From assembly GCA_964276515.1 (NCBI GenBank), contig OZ193909.1:3906001-3970000 (forward strand): a stretch of 64,000 bases of DNA. The letters are read 5' to 3'. The notes beneath the pieces are model-generated. The model had not been told where the DNA came from. It ran no database searches and worked only from the letters and a program-made list of their open reading frames with translations. This document shows, in pieces, positions 21,600 through 36,300 of the stretch. Within the stretch, counting starts at the first letter, position 1; each line of letters starts with the position of its first letter. Source of the DNA: Gordius albopunctatus. Lineage: Eukaryota. The position numbers and the translations under genes are program-made.

Positions 21600-24500
21600 C
21601 ATGGCTTATTATTTTTTACATATACCCTTATAGCTTTGTGTAATTTATATTATTTACACTAATAAATTTCCATATTAATTGCTATCGATGTATGCTTTAT
21701 AATAGGACATTTTTTGGTATACACAAAATATTTTATCATGATAAAATACAAATATTATAATTTATTTAAAAAAAATTAGAACCTTATTATTATTATGATC
21801 TGTTATCAAGAATCTATGAGAAAAAAATCTTACCAATAACTTTTATTTAAAAATCGTTAAAATATTTATTTGAAACGAATTCACCTTGGTCATGTTATAT
21901 TGCGACGCGCTTTATTGTCAACTTCTATTTGTCCTCGCAAACTTAAAAGGTTCGCCAAAGTTTTATTCTGTAGATGGGATTATATGGATGAATCTTGCTG
22001 ATATAAACTCATATCAATATTATATCTTACTTAACACCATCACTAGAGGCAATAACGTTTAAAGAGAGGCAAAATGAGAATTTTATGAAATTTTAAAGTA
22101 TTTTCGGATTTAGAGGGCGCCAGCTGCCCCTCCCTACCACCCCCTGACGCCATGATAACTAATAAAGTCATGGCGAAATTAGTTATAGCGATTTATTAAC
22201 CATTACTTTACTTTATTGTGATTTGTGAACATATTAATGCCTTCCATCGAAATTTCTCGTAACAAATTAACTCCAAAGATAACTGATAAACAATTCTGCA
22301 AGAATCGATAGATTAAAGACGAATGCAAAAGTCAAAATTTCATCAAAAGAGTCTACCAAAAAATTTGGCAACAAAATACATGCCTTTTATTTAAACGAAT
22401 TTTTGGGAGCATAACCTTCTTCATACCTGGCTAATAATATAGAATTATATTTGACACTGTATCACAAAACTATTTAAGACTAACTAATATCGATCATGGC
22501 AATCAAAATCTGACTAATACAATGATTTTTATGGTTAAAAAGTTTATTTTAATGAAACAAAGTTACATAAATAAGCTAAATACAAAAATAAATAAAGACC
22601 TATTAGTTAGATACATAGATCTATATCATGATCTCCTGAAATGGGCCATCAGTCGGCAAAGGATTTATAGTTGTATCGTAGAATAATAATCCCTAGTTGT
22701 TGCCTGAGTAAAAAGGACTAAGAAATTTTAGATTTCGGTGAGCGTTTTCCGATTTCTTTAAAAAACCCCATTACCTGCTTACCAAAAGAACAGGAGCACG
22801 AGGCAACGACAGTGATAAAAATATTGGATGCCAAAAGGGCAGAGTACTTTGTAGTTTTACGCCCTTTTGCTGCAGCGATAGGGTCGTAATTAAAATGGGA
22901 AGAGGCAAATATGTCAATACAAGTAAAATCCCATTTGAGGGATAGGCTATTTTGCCAGGGGACTAGAGAAGAACTGTCAGGGCGCATCCTACCTTCAAGA
23001 GAGGGATCTAACGGCTCACGGATTGAGGGGATTGCATGGGTAGGCTTCAAGCCACTCGTGACTGGGACCATAAAAAGCGAGGGACCTAAGGTTGTAATGC
23101 TGGCTATCATCGCTGCTCGATAAAAGGTAATCAACGGAGCGCGATACTAGTCAAGAATCCCAATCTTGTCTCGTACTTTGAGGTTAAATAGTCTCTGGTG
23201 TCACATTCAAATTCCAAAGCTCCAAGGCTTGAGTTAACAGAGGGTCGGAATCATATGTTGTGAGATTAAAAATTGAGTTTTGGACTGACTTAAAAGAGGA
23301 AATAAAAGCAGCTAGCGATAGGCTGCCGCCAGGACGAATTCCTGATCCTCCATATTTGGTTGGAAGGGATGCTTGAATCCGATTGTTAGTATTAAATTTT
23401 AAATTTTTTCTAATAAAGTTTTTAAAAAGCCTTCGTGCGACTTTAAAACGTGTTGGTGTCAAAATGCAGCAGATGAGCGAAAACAATGATAAATCTTTTA
23501 AATGTTGAAATAGTTTTTGATTAAGTAAAAAATGTGATGTGCAGGCAAGCATTTTAAAAGTTCCGTTTTAGATTTTAATATTTCGAGGTTCTTATGAAGC
23601 AAATTTAAAAGAGATTTTTCGCCGCCAATGGATGATCCCAAAAGGTAGGAAAGACCGGGGCTAGTCGTAGCCCGGGGTTACTATTATCTTTCTAATTATT
23701 TTGTAAAATAATATTGATATTAAAGCAAAATTTAAACCATATGTGTATTTTTCCATAAGCCATAAGCAAAAAAATATGCTTAGAAAAAATAAAATTTAAA
23801 ATTTATATTGAGAAAAAACTATTTTTCGGGGCTATTAGTAGCCTTTACAAAATTTTTTATTTAGCACATAAAATTTTTTAGGCTGAATATTTTGGATGTA
23901 TTTAACTTTTATCTTATAAAGGGAGATTTCTATATAAAAATTGTCTAATGATTAAATTTTTATATGCAATATAACATCTTAAACTTTTAATTGTTTATGA
24001 AAATAGGGGTCGGGGCTAGTCGGAGAGGGGCTATTGCTAGCCATTTTTTATTAAAAAACAAAAAATTTTGTTTAATAATCTAACATAGTGTTATTTGGAA
24101 TAGAAATAGACTATGATTATACATTATAAAACGACTAAAAGTCTTTTTCCATTGCTAAATCCGCCTTTTGAGTGTTCTTAAGTCAGATTATCATCTTGAC
24201 TCTATTTTTATTTCTTTTATATAAAATACAATCATATTACATTTGTATTTTCTACATTTTTATAATGAAAGAATATTTTTATTGATTTGAGTTAGCATAA
24301 ACTTATAAGATGTGAAAACGTCAGAAGCCCTCCTACCCTCTAATATCTTTACCCCTATCGTTGCCTCATGTTCTGAGACTTTTGGTCCTGCCGCCATCAA
24401 GCCTTTTAAAGATATCAGCCGTCGCTGCCCGCCCTCTAAATATTCCACAAATTTTATAGTTAAACAAAAAATTGGTATTTTAATAGCAAAGTACAATTTT

Positions 24501-26603
24501 AAACTTTTATTATATGATACATGCGACGCTTTTTAATTATAATTTTTTTATTTTGTTTTCTACCCGCTCTTATATTTTTCGAATTTTAACACTTCGTTTT
24601 TTATAACGTTCTTACATTCAAATAAACAATATATACATTAAAAAAAATCTAACGGCTATGACTAGATCCGGTTATTTTCAAAATATTTTAGATTTTTGTT
24701 TTTTTAAACTTAATTTGTGATAAACTTTTATTTGCCTCCAAATATTTTTCCTATAGTAAAAATAGACCTTAAAAATATATTCCAACAAAAAAAATGGAAA
24801 AATTGTTTTTAGTTTTTTTTAAACGCGATTTAATTTTTTATGGCTAAAGTAGCCCTGGTCTTCCCTATATGTTTTCTCTCTCTAAAACTAAAAATGTTTC
24901 AAAAACTGGAAAGTCAATAGTGTTGGGAACCTAAAAGATTTAACATTTTTTCGAGTATGATTTAAGATTTAGAGTGGGTTCAAAGTTTTTGATGATTTCT
25001 AGAGCTTTACTAATCTCCTCCGGGCGGCCAAATAGTGTGGCGTCGTTGATACAAAATATTTAAATCGAGGGTACACTGAGATGATATAGCCTCGACTGAA
25101 TTATGAATGCCTAAACAAAATAAAGGAGGGCCTAATGGATCTCCTTGTTGGATGCCTTCGGACGAGTCAATGAGGTATTCGCCGAATCTAAGCTTGGTTA
25201 TAGAACCATAGCTTAATAAAATGTAATTTAAAAATTGTGTGGATACAGCTAAAAAAGTGTTAATGAGGGTTTCTCTTCGAATGCTGTTAAAAGCATTGGC
25301 AAATATAATGATTTTTCCTATTGCTTGCGGCTAGATATGCTTTTATGTACATTATCATATATAAAAAATTTGTTAGTTGATTAAAAAATCTTATTTTTAT
25401 TTAATATCTGTGACGAAAGGGTTAGGACATTTTTTATCAATAGAGACGATAGTTTATCACCCCATATATGTCAACTTTATTTCTAAATCTGTGTCCGAAA
25501 TTGCCAAAATTAAGTTTAAAATATAAATCAAATGTTTAACAACATTTTTACTGAAAATTGACTATTAGTAGAAAAGTCAATTCTTTTAAATAACAAAACA
25601 ACCAGGAAATATTGAATATTGTTGTAGTTTTAGTTGAATCACTTTACTTACTCGCTTATGCAAATGAGCTAGGAAGGATAGCCTGTTGTATCTTGCCAAC
25701 TAAAATTAGTTATGTGAATAATGGGCACTAATTATAAGCAGGCAAATATATAAAAAGCATGCCTCATATTAGTGGAGATGTGCAGTACATGGAACTGTCG
25801 GCATCCCTCATGCAAATGAGAAGTGCATCGACAAGGTGTAAATAGCGGGCATTTGACCATGATACAATGATATATTTATTTTTCTACTCGTTAGTCCTGT
25901 GGGGCGGGGGGGGGGATATTTTATTTTTCATCTTTGAATCTCGTGGGTCAAGCGGTAGCATGAAGGAAGAACCAAACGGTCCCCCTTACCCAATACCTTA
26001 AATTTACTCGTAGTCGTCGCTCATTCTAGCGGATTAATTTCACGGCAATTTCTCACAGCCATCGTCCAACACTTACATTAATACTTACATTTATTTTCTA
26101 GAAATCATCATTCGATTGGTTGATCGTTATTAGTTGTTATTACACATTTTGTACATTTTTAATAGTAGGAAATAAAGGATAGAAAGTGCGCATATAAAAA
26201 ATATATAAAAATTTCTTACAAAATTACTGAATATGATTTAAATATAATAATAAGATTATAATTACCATAATAATATCGAGTATCTTATTCGCTGGGATTT
26301 TTATTTTCAAAAGGCATGCTTCTCAATCACCTATAAAGAATGGTAAAAATCCTTAAACTTTCAAAAGTGTGTCTTTTTTCGACGATTTTACTTTGCTAAT
26401 CTTGATTTTCACTGTGGCTCACCAGAAGTTTTTTTCAATTCTTCCTCACTTGTTAACCCATATGATGGCTAAGCTTTATATATAAACAGAACATTTCTAT
26501 AATATTTAAATGTATGCAATCATCTAAACTAATTTTGTGTTACATATATTTTTGATTATAAATTTCAAAAAAATGCATCATAATGCGTCTCGGTCGATCG
26601 CCT

Positions 26604-28234
26604 TTAATCTGGGCTTGAATATCTTCCCGGAAATAAAACATTTCCAGACTCAACTTCGATTAGTAAATGCAAGAACGGTCTATTAAAAAACATATTGTCA
26701 AATGCTCTATCTTCGAGGGCTCCACCAGTGGCCGCTGCCCCTTTACTTCCTTTTTCGTTCATTTGAAAATTGACTTTATGAACCATTTTATCCAACGACA
26801 AGGCTCGTGATTTGACGATATTGTTCAAACTATGGCTGGAAACATGCATAATGGAAGTTCAGTTATATACATTTATACATAAAATTCATCTCCAAATATA
26901 TATCGATAGTTACTTAAAGATGCAACTTAGATTAGAATTCGCCAATATCGTGTTCATCTGCAAGTTTAATAAAATTATGTAATACCAATCCATTATGTAG
27001 TATCCAATTTGTTTCCACTAATGGTAATTTATGATTGATAAAATGGGAGGGTGGAAATGGGTTTAGATATTTCGGTCGTCCAGCGACCATTATCAAATCG
27101 TCCTTCGTTCCTTATTTGTAATCCACATCACTTGTAATTTACCCTTTTTTTATTGATAATGGTCGCTGGACGACCGAAATATGTAAACCCATTTCCACCC
27201 TCCCATTTTATCAATCCTAAATTACCATTATTGGAAACAACCTCGATACTATCTGCAAGTTTGTTTTACGATCAATCAGAGGTATGGAGATGTTAGGAAT
27301 TTTGATGGAAGCTTTCTTGAGTGCATTCACTAATATATTAGGATCCATAAAAAGTTTGTATTTGAGTGCTTTTAACGTTGATTTGGAATTGGGAAGAATT
27401 AGGACCGTTTTAAATTTGGTCTCTTTGTGATTCAAGATTAAATAATTGGCCAAATCTCTCATGTCTGTATATTGTTCGATCTCTAATTAAGCAATATTCA
27501 TCACGGGTGTTAAGACATATCGACCGTCTTCTGTATGAATATTTTGCTGAGTCGTTCATCTTCAAAAATTAATTAGAAAATATAAAGTGGGCTTAAAAAA
27601 TTAGCTCTTATCGAACGGAACTTCCCACAGTCCTTTAAAATAGAGAGTGCTGAGAGAAGCTATAAGAGTGTTGCTTGTAATATCTCTAGGGGAAAATAAA
27701 TCCCGAATTCTGTTACGAGTAGGCTGAGCTACTTTAGCATTGATGGCTTTAAAAGTTTGATCTGGTGAATTGTAACTAGTCGGGGTCACCAAGGCCCTAA
27801 ATATTTTCTTTACGGCGTTAGCATAATTTGGATTTATAGTCATTCTATTATTGACAAATAGCTCATTTAATATTTTAATTTCGGTTGCATCGTTTTTGTA
27901 GTCTTGATATTTGCTCAAAAAACCTGACTACCTTCTAATGTATTCGTGTGTCAAAGACTGCTGCAAAAAATTTCCTAGTTCAGCGTAGCAAGTTTCATCT
28001 CTAGTTCCCGCCGCGTATATGTACATGGCAGTTTTAAGGTTAAACGGTGAAAATACGTAATTTTGGTTATATTTATTGATGATACACGCTATTTTGATGC
28101 TTACTAATGACCTGTGGATTAACGTCTGCACTCAAACTCACAGTTATGAGTGTTAAGGCTAAATAGATTTATAACATAATAATTTTTGAATGAAAAAATA
28201 AAAACTCACCGAAGCAGAGTAATGTAATGAACAT
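26604..28234 (-). pseudogene. Serpin pseudogene (copy 2)
   Basis: Same as 16017-17647, offset 10587. Confidence 0.85.
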
Positions 28235-29141
28235 GTCGATCTTGAAAAAAATTATCTCAATATCCGTGAATGATTTTTCATGGGGTCAGTATCTAAATAA
28301 AGAGATCAGCGACATCCTTAAAGTATAAGTAAATAGCATAGACTTGATAAATAGCCTCATTGATTTTTAAAGGTGCAATATTTTAATGTCATAGAGAAGA
28401 ATAATTTTGTTTCAAAAAATGCATTAAAACAGTGGATAATCTCCCTCTTATAATAAATTCAACAAAACCCTTTCACAAGATCTCGTCTCGGTTTAGAAAA
28501 ATCTCGTCTCGACGAGAATTCTCGACTTGTCTCGACTTATTTTATAAAAAATTTATACGAAATTAAAATTTCTTATGTTTTGTTAAAAATATTAAATAAG
28601 TGATAAAAAAATCCAAATGGAAAACTTTTTATATTTTTCTAAGAACATAAATACACAAACTCCTTAAAGATCTAGCACGACACGACATCTCATTGACAAA
28701 ATAAATATAATGAACTAATTCATACAGATAATATTTTCTATGGAAAGTGCAAATCAAAAATAAGCTATAAATAATTTTGATGTATATAAAGTTGAATTTA
28801 TAGTTCCAGCAAATTTAACATTTTATCTAATTCACCGTGTCTGTAAAATGTAAAAGACTTGAAAATTTATAATATTTGAATTAATTATTGAATATAGCGT
28901 TATAATCCACAAAATGAGAGTGATTTTTAATGATAATAATATTATTTAAAGAATTGATAATTAGTTGCACATATTATAACGTAAAACAAAAATAAAAGTG
29001 GCATTATCAAAGGATCAAGAACATATAATTGTAAACTTTAAATGAGAGCATGCGTATTTTATTTTATGACAAACATTTTAATCAAATTTGTATTCTAAAT
29101 AATTACTTTCTAGTTCTAACTAACTTTGCCATTAACGATAT

Positions 29142-30442
29142 ATTTATTTGGATCCCTTCTGCGGATTCAAGGAAGAATTCTCCAAATTTCGAAATCGAAG
29201 GACATCCGGAACTTAAAATGATGTAGTTGGTGTATTGGGGAAATAGCTTGATAAAACCATTAATGAAGGCAGTGCGGCGAATGCTATTGAAAGCATTTTT
29301 AAAATCCAGTTTTATAAAGGAGTCACCCAGAGCGAGGTGTTCCAGGGCTAAGCCTGCGGCATGGGTAGCTATCTCGCACCCTCCTTCGACCCCGAAGCCT
29401 AGTTGATGCGGTTTTAAAGTAGGGGTCAATATTGGTTTGATCGCCGAGCAAATTAATTTAGAAATAATTCTTCGGAAGACACCGCCGATAGGGATAGGCC
29501 TGGCTGAATTGTCGGCCTTCCTAATAGCTAAAAGCTTAGCTCCAAAGACTATGGGCGTTATTTCTTTAGGTATACTCTCATTGACTAAAAGGTTACAAAA
29601 TTTGGTGAGTAAGTCTAGTAAGATGGAGGAGTTATTATTATCAATTGTTATAAGATATTTTAAAAAAATTGGTTTTATGCCGTCGAGACCACCTGCAGAA
29701 TCCATGGGAAAAGATAAGATGGCATCTCGAATGTCTGATGACTTAAAAGCAATATCTGAAGGTTGCGAGGGCGATAGGTAAGTAGAAGATAGACTCTGGG
29801 GATGTTTGAGAACCATTTCTTCATATGATTTTTGTGAAGGACTCAAAAATGAATTGTCTTCTTCGAGGTATCTCATTGCGCTTTTGATGTTGAATGAGTG
29901 AATTTTTCTAGAGTTTTTTTTCGCTTTTTGTTTGGGGGTTAATATTTGGGATTCCTTTCTATCCATGTTATATGCTGGAGGGCTGTTTATTATGAGTAAT
30001 TATTGCTTCCTTGTCTTGAGGAATATATCAAATGTAAAAAGAGAATTTAAATAATTTCTTCCAATAGGATAGGTTCGGAGGGAGAGAAATAATATTGTTA
30101 AGTAATTTTATTAAAAACTGTTGCATGCACGCCAGGGCCCCCCTTGGAATTCTGGATATGGTTGGTGGGAATGCTTGAGATAAAAAGGCTCTGCTCCATG
30201 TCATGTCATTTTTTTCATTTGTGGTATAGTAGGTTTGATGATGTATTAGATTAGGTATATCTGTACCAGAAGGGCTAAAATTAATGTTATCATCCAATAT
30301 TAAGGTAGATGGTGGACGTATTATGTTTGGGGGAGCGAACTTCCCTGATGAGGGGCATTTATTTGTAACAGGGCTATGTTGTAAAAAACAATACTTTTTG
30401 TTTAATTAGATATTTCTGGAGCACAAGGGGCATAGGGATTTC
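29142..30442 (-). mobile_element. CRE-clade retrotransposon 5' fragment (copy)
   Basis: Identical ORF at 29103-29966. Confidence 0.85.
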
Positions 30443-31319
30443 GAAAGGACTATTTAATATGTATTAGAATTTTATCACAGGCAAAAAGATTTATTTATGT
30501 CAAAACGAATGATTTATTGTAACCATTGCACGGTTTACTTATCGGTACGGATCCTGATTCTAGTCTGTTCCTCAAGTCAATTCGGACATTCGATTTATGC
30601 TTCCAAATGACATCGTTCGGAGCAAAAGAAATAGTTGAGAATAATGCTGAAAACTGTCAACAATTTAATTCAACGTTTAAAATGAAAAGCAAGGTTTTCA
30701 CAAAGGGGGTTCATTGCTGCCGATGCCAAAAGAATCTTATAAATTTTTACAAATTTACTTTATGGGTGGTGGCGACTGCGAACGCGCACTCGCTAATCGC
30801 GTGAATGCACGTTGCGGCTACAACAACAAAAATTTCTGCGAATATTTGGTAGGTCTGAGAATTGGTTTTAAACTATTTTTTAAACCACTAAGTGATAAGA
30901 CGTTCAAGTTATTTTGTTACATACGTTTTGACGTTTAATAAAATGTCAATCAAAAGCAACCTCATGACGTCATACAGGAGTACTGTAAAATGCAACAATT
31001 TAAATAATCTTTCATATAAAAAAAGAGCTGAAGTATTCTATTTATTAAAAGTATTCTATTTATTAACATATCCGCAATAATATTTTGCCCCGCACGTTGC
31101 TGGATGTATTCGAATGAGTACTTTAAAACTTGATAATCAGTTTATTGTTCACCAAAGAAATCCAATGGACGAATACGAGTTATAACTTATAATGATATTT
31201 AATCAAATTGTCAAGACAACAATATCTTGGATTTAAATGCAAGCGTTAAACGATATCAATTATTTGTGCGCGGTCGAAATATAAGTGCGCAAAATAGGTG
31301 ATATTGGGTGATGTGGAAG

Positions 31320-31710
31320 GACTAATGAAGGTATTGGATTAGGGGTGGTGTAGGTTTTCTGAGATAGTTGCAACAGGACAACCGAGTTCTAAGTAAGAAA
31401 AAAAATATTATTATTTGCAGGATAAAAATACAGCTATTTAAACCCTGTCGATGTACTGAACTTCTCAATTTGCATTAGGGATGCCCTCAACCTTACGACA
31501 GGTTGATGTACTGCACATCTCAATTTGCATGAGGAATGCCTTTAACATATTCGCCTGTTTCTAATTAGTGCCTTAAACAAACCATTAATTAGGAATCTCC
31601 CACAGACGATAAATAGTTTCTCAACCTTTTATTCACACCACTAATTAAATTAAATTTTATTCCCACCACTTATTAGGTTACTTCAATAAATTAATTGGCA
31701 ATATACAACA
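31320..31710. repeat. Diverged copy of the 15060-15420 repeat, inserted within the Helitron remnant
   Basis: See the 15060-15420 feature. Also at about 50015-50405. Confidence 0.7.
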
Positions 31711-32343
31711 CGAGGATTAGCACTTGCTCACATTTTGATTTAGTTCATCGACAAAATATCTCCTGAAGACATTGATAGTTTAATTTATGCAGAAATTCCA
31801 AATCCGTGTACTGATAAATTATTGTTTGATATTGTTACTACAAACATAATCATGGCCCATGTGGATATTTTAATCAATCATCGACATAGTGTATATACAG
31901 TGAATCCAATGCAGACTTAGTTCTTTCAACTGCGACTGTTGTTGGTTAATGGCACCGGCTCATGGTCATTTCACGATATATGTAAAGTAAATGGACAACA
32001 GTATCTAGCGTATAAAGATGCATGCCCTACATTAGGCTTGCTAGAAGACGACAACTATCAGGACAGTATTCTTACTGAAGCAGCATTAAACTATACAGGA
32101 ACACAAATTCGTCAACTATTCGCTATAGTGTTGACTGAATGTTTTTAAAATTAGTCATTTTGGTATGAGTTAACCAAATCAATGTACATCTGATTTACTC
32201 AACACTGATATGAGTCTTGAACTGCAGTATAATACTTTAGAAATGGCAGCGATTGTTACTCGCAATGTCCCACCACTAACTCATGAACAAAAAACCATTT
32301 ACGACCGCATTATGCTGATAGTTTCGTCAGGACAAGGGGTTTC

Positions 32344-32418
32344 TTTTTTTTTTTTTTTGTTAAAGTTTATTTTCAAGAAACAAAGTTACATTAATAAGCG
32401 AAATACAAAAATAAAGAC
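32344..32418 (-). mobile_element. ~75-bp CRE 3' tail with poly(A) inserted in the Helitron helicase
   Basis: T15-GTTAAAGTTTATTTTCAAGAAACAAAGTTACATTAATAAGCGAAATACAAAAATAAAGAC resembles the CRE 3' UTR at 11947-12013. Also at 3061-3134, ~51039 and ~63577. Confidence 0.75.
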
Positions 32419-32849
32419 ATATGGTAGAACTGGCAAAACATTTCTCATTTAGATAATTCTTGCCGACATACGATACAAAAAAGGCATTGCATTGGCTGTG
32501 TCATTAAAATATTAATGAAAAACTCGAAGTCAGCATTTTGAATGGCAAGGTTCGATGTGAACATGTATGCTGTCACGAATCCCTATGATTCCCACATATA
32601 TGCCGATTGAATTCAAACGCATAAAATTTCCAATTAGATTGGCATTCCCATGACAATCAATAAGGCGCAAGGCCAAACGATGTCTATTTATAGCTTAAAT
32701 GAATTATTTTTTAATCGTCATAATTTGATGTATATATAGGTAGCAAAAATGATTTAATAAAGTATAAAGAATGAAATTAATAAATGATTAGTGTATTGTC
32801 ATTTATAAGCCAACAATCATTAACCTGCAATTTATTTACTAATTTCTAA

Positions 32850-33308
32850 TATAACAATTAATTAGTTGAATAAAACGAGCTGAAGTACAAATATTAATAA
32901 TAACAATTAATTAGTTGAGTAAAACGAGCTAAAGTACAACTATTAACAATAACAATTAATTAGTTGAGTAAAACGAGCTAAAGTACAAATATTAATAATA
33001 ACAATTAATTAGTTGAGTAAAACGAGCTAAAGTACAAATATTAATAGTAACAATTAATTAGTTGAGTAAAACGAGCTAAAGTACAAATATTAATAATAAC
33101 AATTAATTAGTTGAGTAAAACGAGCTAAAGTACAAATTTTAATAGTAAAAATTAATTAGTTGAGTAAAACGAACGGAAGTACAAATATTAATAGTAACAA
33201 TTAATTAGTTTAGTAAAACGAGCTGAAGTATTAATAATAATAATAATTAATTAGTTGAGTAAAACGAGCTAAAGTACAAATATATATAATAACAATTAAT
33301 TAGTTGAG
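32850..33308. repeat. 49-bp minisatellite (copy)
   Basis: Same array. Confidence 0.95.
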
Positions 33309-33342
33309 ATATTATTTGAAAATTATACAAATTAAAGTCGTA

Positions 33343-36300
33343 ATGCAAAATTTTATGCATAAATATTTATTATTTATATTGGCGAGTAAGCTTTAATATA
33401 TATTTGACTTATATTAAATATAATTATATCGATTTAAATCATTGGAAATTATTAAAAATTACCTATTCAATATTTTGATATTTTGTTAAAATTCCAAAAT
33501 TTTTTAAAATTTAGTTCTATATAAAGTCAACTTTGCGCTAACGTACGAAGAATTTAATGACAATTTCAATGCGTGTCCTATAGGAAGTTATGGAATTGAT
33601 TGCTCACAAAGTAAAATAACACCTTTAAAAGTATCAATGAAAAAGTTTAAAAAAAGTCATAACATTTCGATTAGAACCTAACTCAATATGAAAAATCAAA
33701 TATCGTTTTTCATTTGGATATTTAAACTATATTCGTTGGTTAAGGTTTGTAGAACAGAATCAAACAATCAATTCTTTTTAAACAAATCAGAAAGGATTAA
33801 AATAAACTTTTTTGAATTAAAAAATTTAGAAGTAGTAAAAGGCTTTCATTAGTTAGTAAATAATATTAAAACGTTTCGAAAATTAGCCCACTTCACAGCC
33901 TAAAACTACAAATCTAGTTCCACTAAATAATGCCTCATAATCTTAATACTATATAAATTAACTAAAATTTAACGTTAATAATAACTTTGATAAAATAGAC
34001 AGTTAAAAAATGTTAAATACTTTCAATAAAACACATTTATAAAAACATATATTCTTTTGTTTACGCATATTTCACATGCTTATTAATAGATTGTTCGTGT
34101 AACTTGAAAGGCTCATTTGGTGAATGTGATTTTTATGGTTGGTGCATATGCCATGATAACTATTCCGGAGGCTATTGCCAAGACGGTTATAATAATTATG
34201 ACACATAATATATTCATTTCCAATTTATCAGTTATGTTATTTATGATTTGGCTATCAAAAAATTAATTTAGAATTAAGAAAATTTTCTTCTTCTTTATCA
34301 AGTATTTGATCTCACTGTCGTCGGATTTGTTTTGACAGTTTTCTTTTATCTTGAATTGGTAAGGGCCATGTCTTGGTTAATATTCTTATTATTCATAACT
34401 TTGTCCACTTGTCCTTGCAATGAGACAAGAGCGTCCTCCTCCTCCTTTCCACGATACCCCCATATACAGTACTTTTCGAATACATCACTCGTCTTCCTTC
34501 TTAGTATGTGCCCATCTTTTTTCGTTAAGTCCGTCATAAGTTGAATATCCATTTTCGTCCTGAGAAACATATGGTCGAGCTTAGTATACCCAAGGCTCCA
34601 CCATATGACTCTCTTCTCCATGGCCTGTACCAACTTTTCTTCCGTGACGTATAGTGCCTCTGTAAAGTAACCCCAATCTTACGATGGATTTGTAAGCTTT
34701 GTTCTTCAACCATAGTGGAATTTTCTTGTCGCACATTACACGTGATAGACTTCGCCATTTAAGCCATCTTTTTTGAATCCGGGCATTTACGTGTGTTGCG
34801 TAATCTCTCTCCTAATGTTGCATCGAGTCAAGGTATGCAAACCTATCTACTTTTGGGTACTTCATATAATCATCTAATGATGTGGTGTCTATAACCTTTA
34901 TCTCCATGTACACCGTTTTTATATTTTTGACCTTTAAACCATATTCCGCTGAGCGCTTTGACCATTTTTTGGCTTCTTAGAATACTTTCTCCTTTGTCCC
35001 TTCGCATAGTAATATATCATCGGCATATAGCATACAGCAGATGGCTTATAAATGTCTCTAGTTATCATCCACAATTATATTGAATAAAAAACGATTTAAA
35101 GCAGATCATTCTTGTAATCCAATTTTAACCTAAAAAGGTTGAGAGTCTCCAACTGTCGTCCTAACGCACGTTGAAGTTTGATACATATTTTTCATAAGTT
35201 GTACATATGCGTCAGGGATGATTTATTTTACATTTACCAAAATATGGACTTTGCAACAAAACCTAATTTATTTGTATATGACCTTCACCCAAACTAAATT
35301 TTTATATCATATAGGATCAACATCTAATCAGATGAGAGATTTAAAGTAAAAAGCAGCTGACTTAACTTGCTTTTAAATGCCACAATTAAAACATTTTGAT
35401 AATCATCTATGTTGTATAAATCAAGGAAACACATGTATGAATAGAAAACCAATTCAATGCAGGGGGTTAAGATTAATTAGTTCATATTTAATTAAAATAC
35501 CGTTAAAATTTATCTATATGAAAGACATTATTACTACGCTCTCTATATAATAGTAATAATAATAAAATTCTGAGCTAGACTCATATGCAACAAACTTCAT
35601 TGTTTATTTAGTGAGTAAATGTCCATCTAAAAAGGTGAATCCAATCGGAATGTGCATTTGTCAGGATTACGTTGTTGGGCAACTCTGCAACGAAAGTAAG
35701 TAACTTCTAAACCTATTTACTATGGCATAAGCCAACGATTTGAAAAAATAAAAATGAAATGTATTTTTGGGGCAATTACAGAGTGCGTTCGGAGTCAAAC
35801 ACTGTGGACTCATAATGGATACTGCGTTTGCAAAGATGGATTTTATGGTCGTTTGTGTGAATCGGGTACATTATTCTCTATTAACCCTCGAGAGCATTCG
35901 TGGGGTCCAAACACAAATATAAAATGCATTTAAAAACGAATTAATCTGGCCTTTTCAGTAGCCTAATATTTTACCAAGAACTAAGTTTTAGGAAAATTTC
36001 ATAACTTTTGGCCCACTACTTTTTAAACTGTGTACCCCACGAATGCTCTCACGTAAGTTTTTTTCTATTGGAAAAAATGTATGTATTTTTTTTGTTTGAT
36101 GATATCTTTTACAATTTGTGTTTTTAATATATTTTGGACATTCTTTTAATAAAAAATCACGTTTATTTTGATTTATTTTAAGGTATATGATGTCAAGAGG
36201 TAAAACTCTAAAATAGTCAAAATAAAAATGGGGGTCAAGAAAATCGTTAATAAGTTTTGTAATGTTGATTAGATTCATATCAAAATTTATACCATCAATC

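Larger units (their letters stand above)
30520..32700 (+). mobile_element. Degraded Helitron Rep/helicase remnant (fullest copy)
   Basis: Fragments in the expected order: CFQMTSFGA..LLPMP..FLQIYFMG; IDSLIYAEIP..LFDIVTTNIIHGPCG (Rep); YKDACPTLGLLEDD; LTHEQKTIYD..GQG..GRTGKTFLI (Walker A); RIPMIP..FKRIKFPIRLA..MTINKAQGQT (PIF1-like helicase motif). Many deletions, stops and insertions. Confidence 0.88.
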
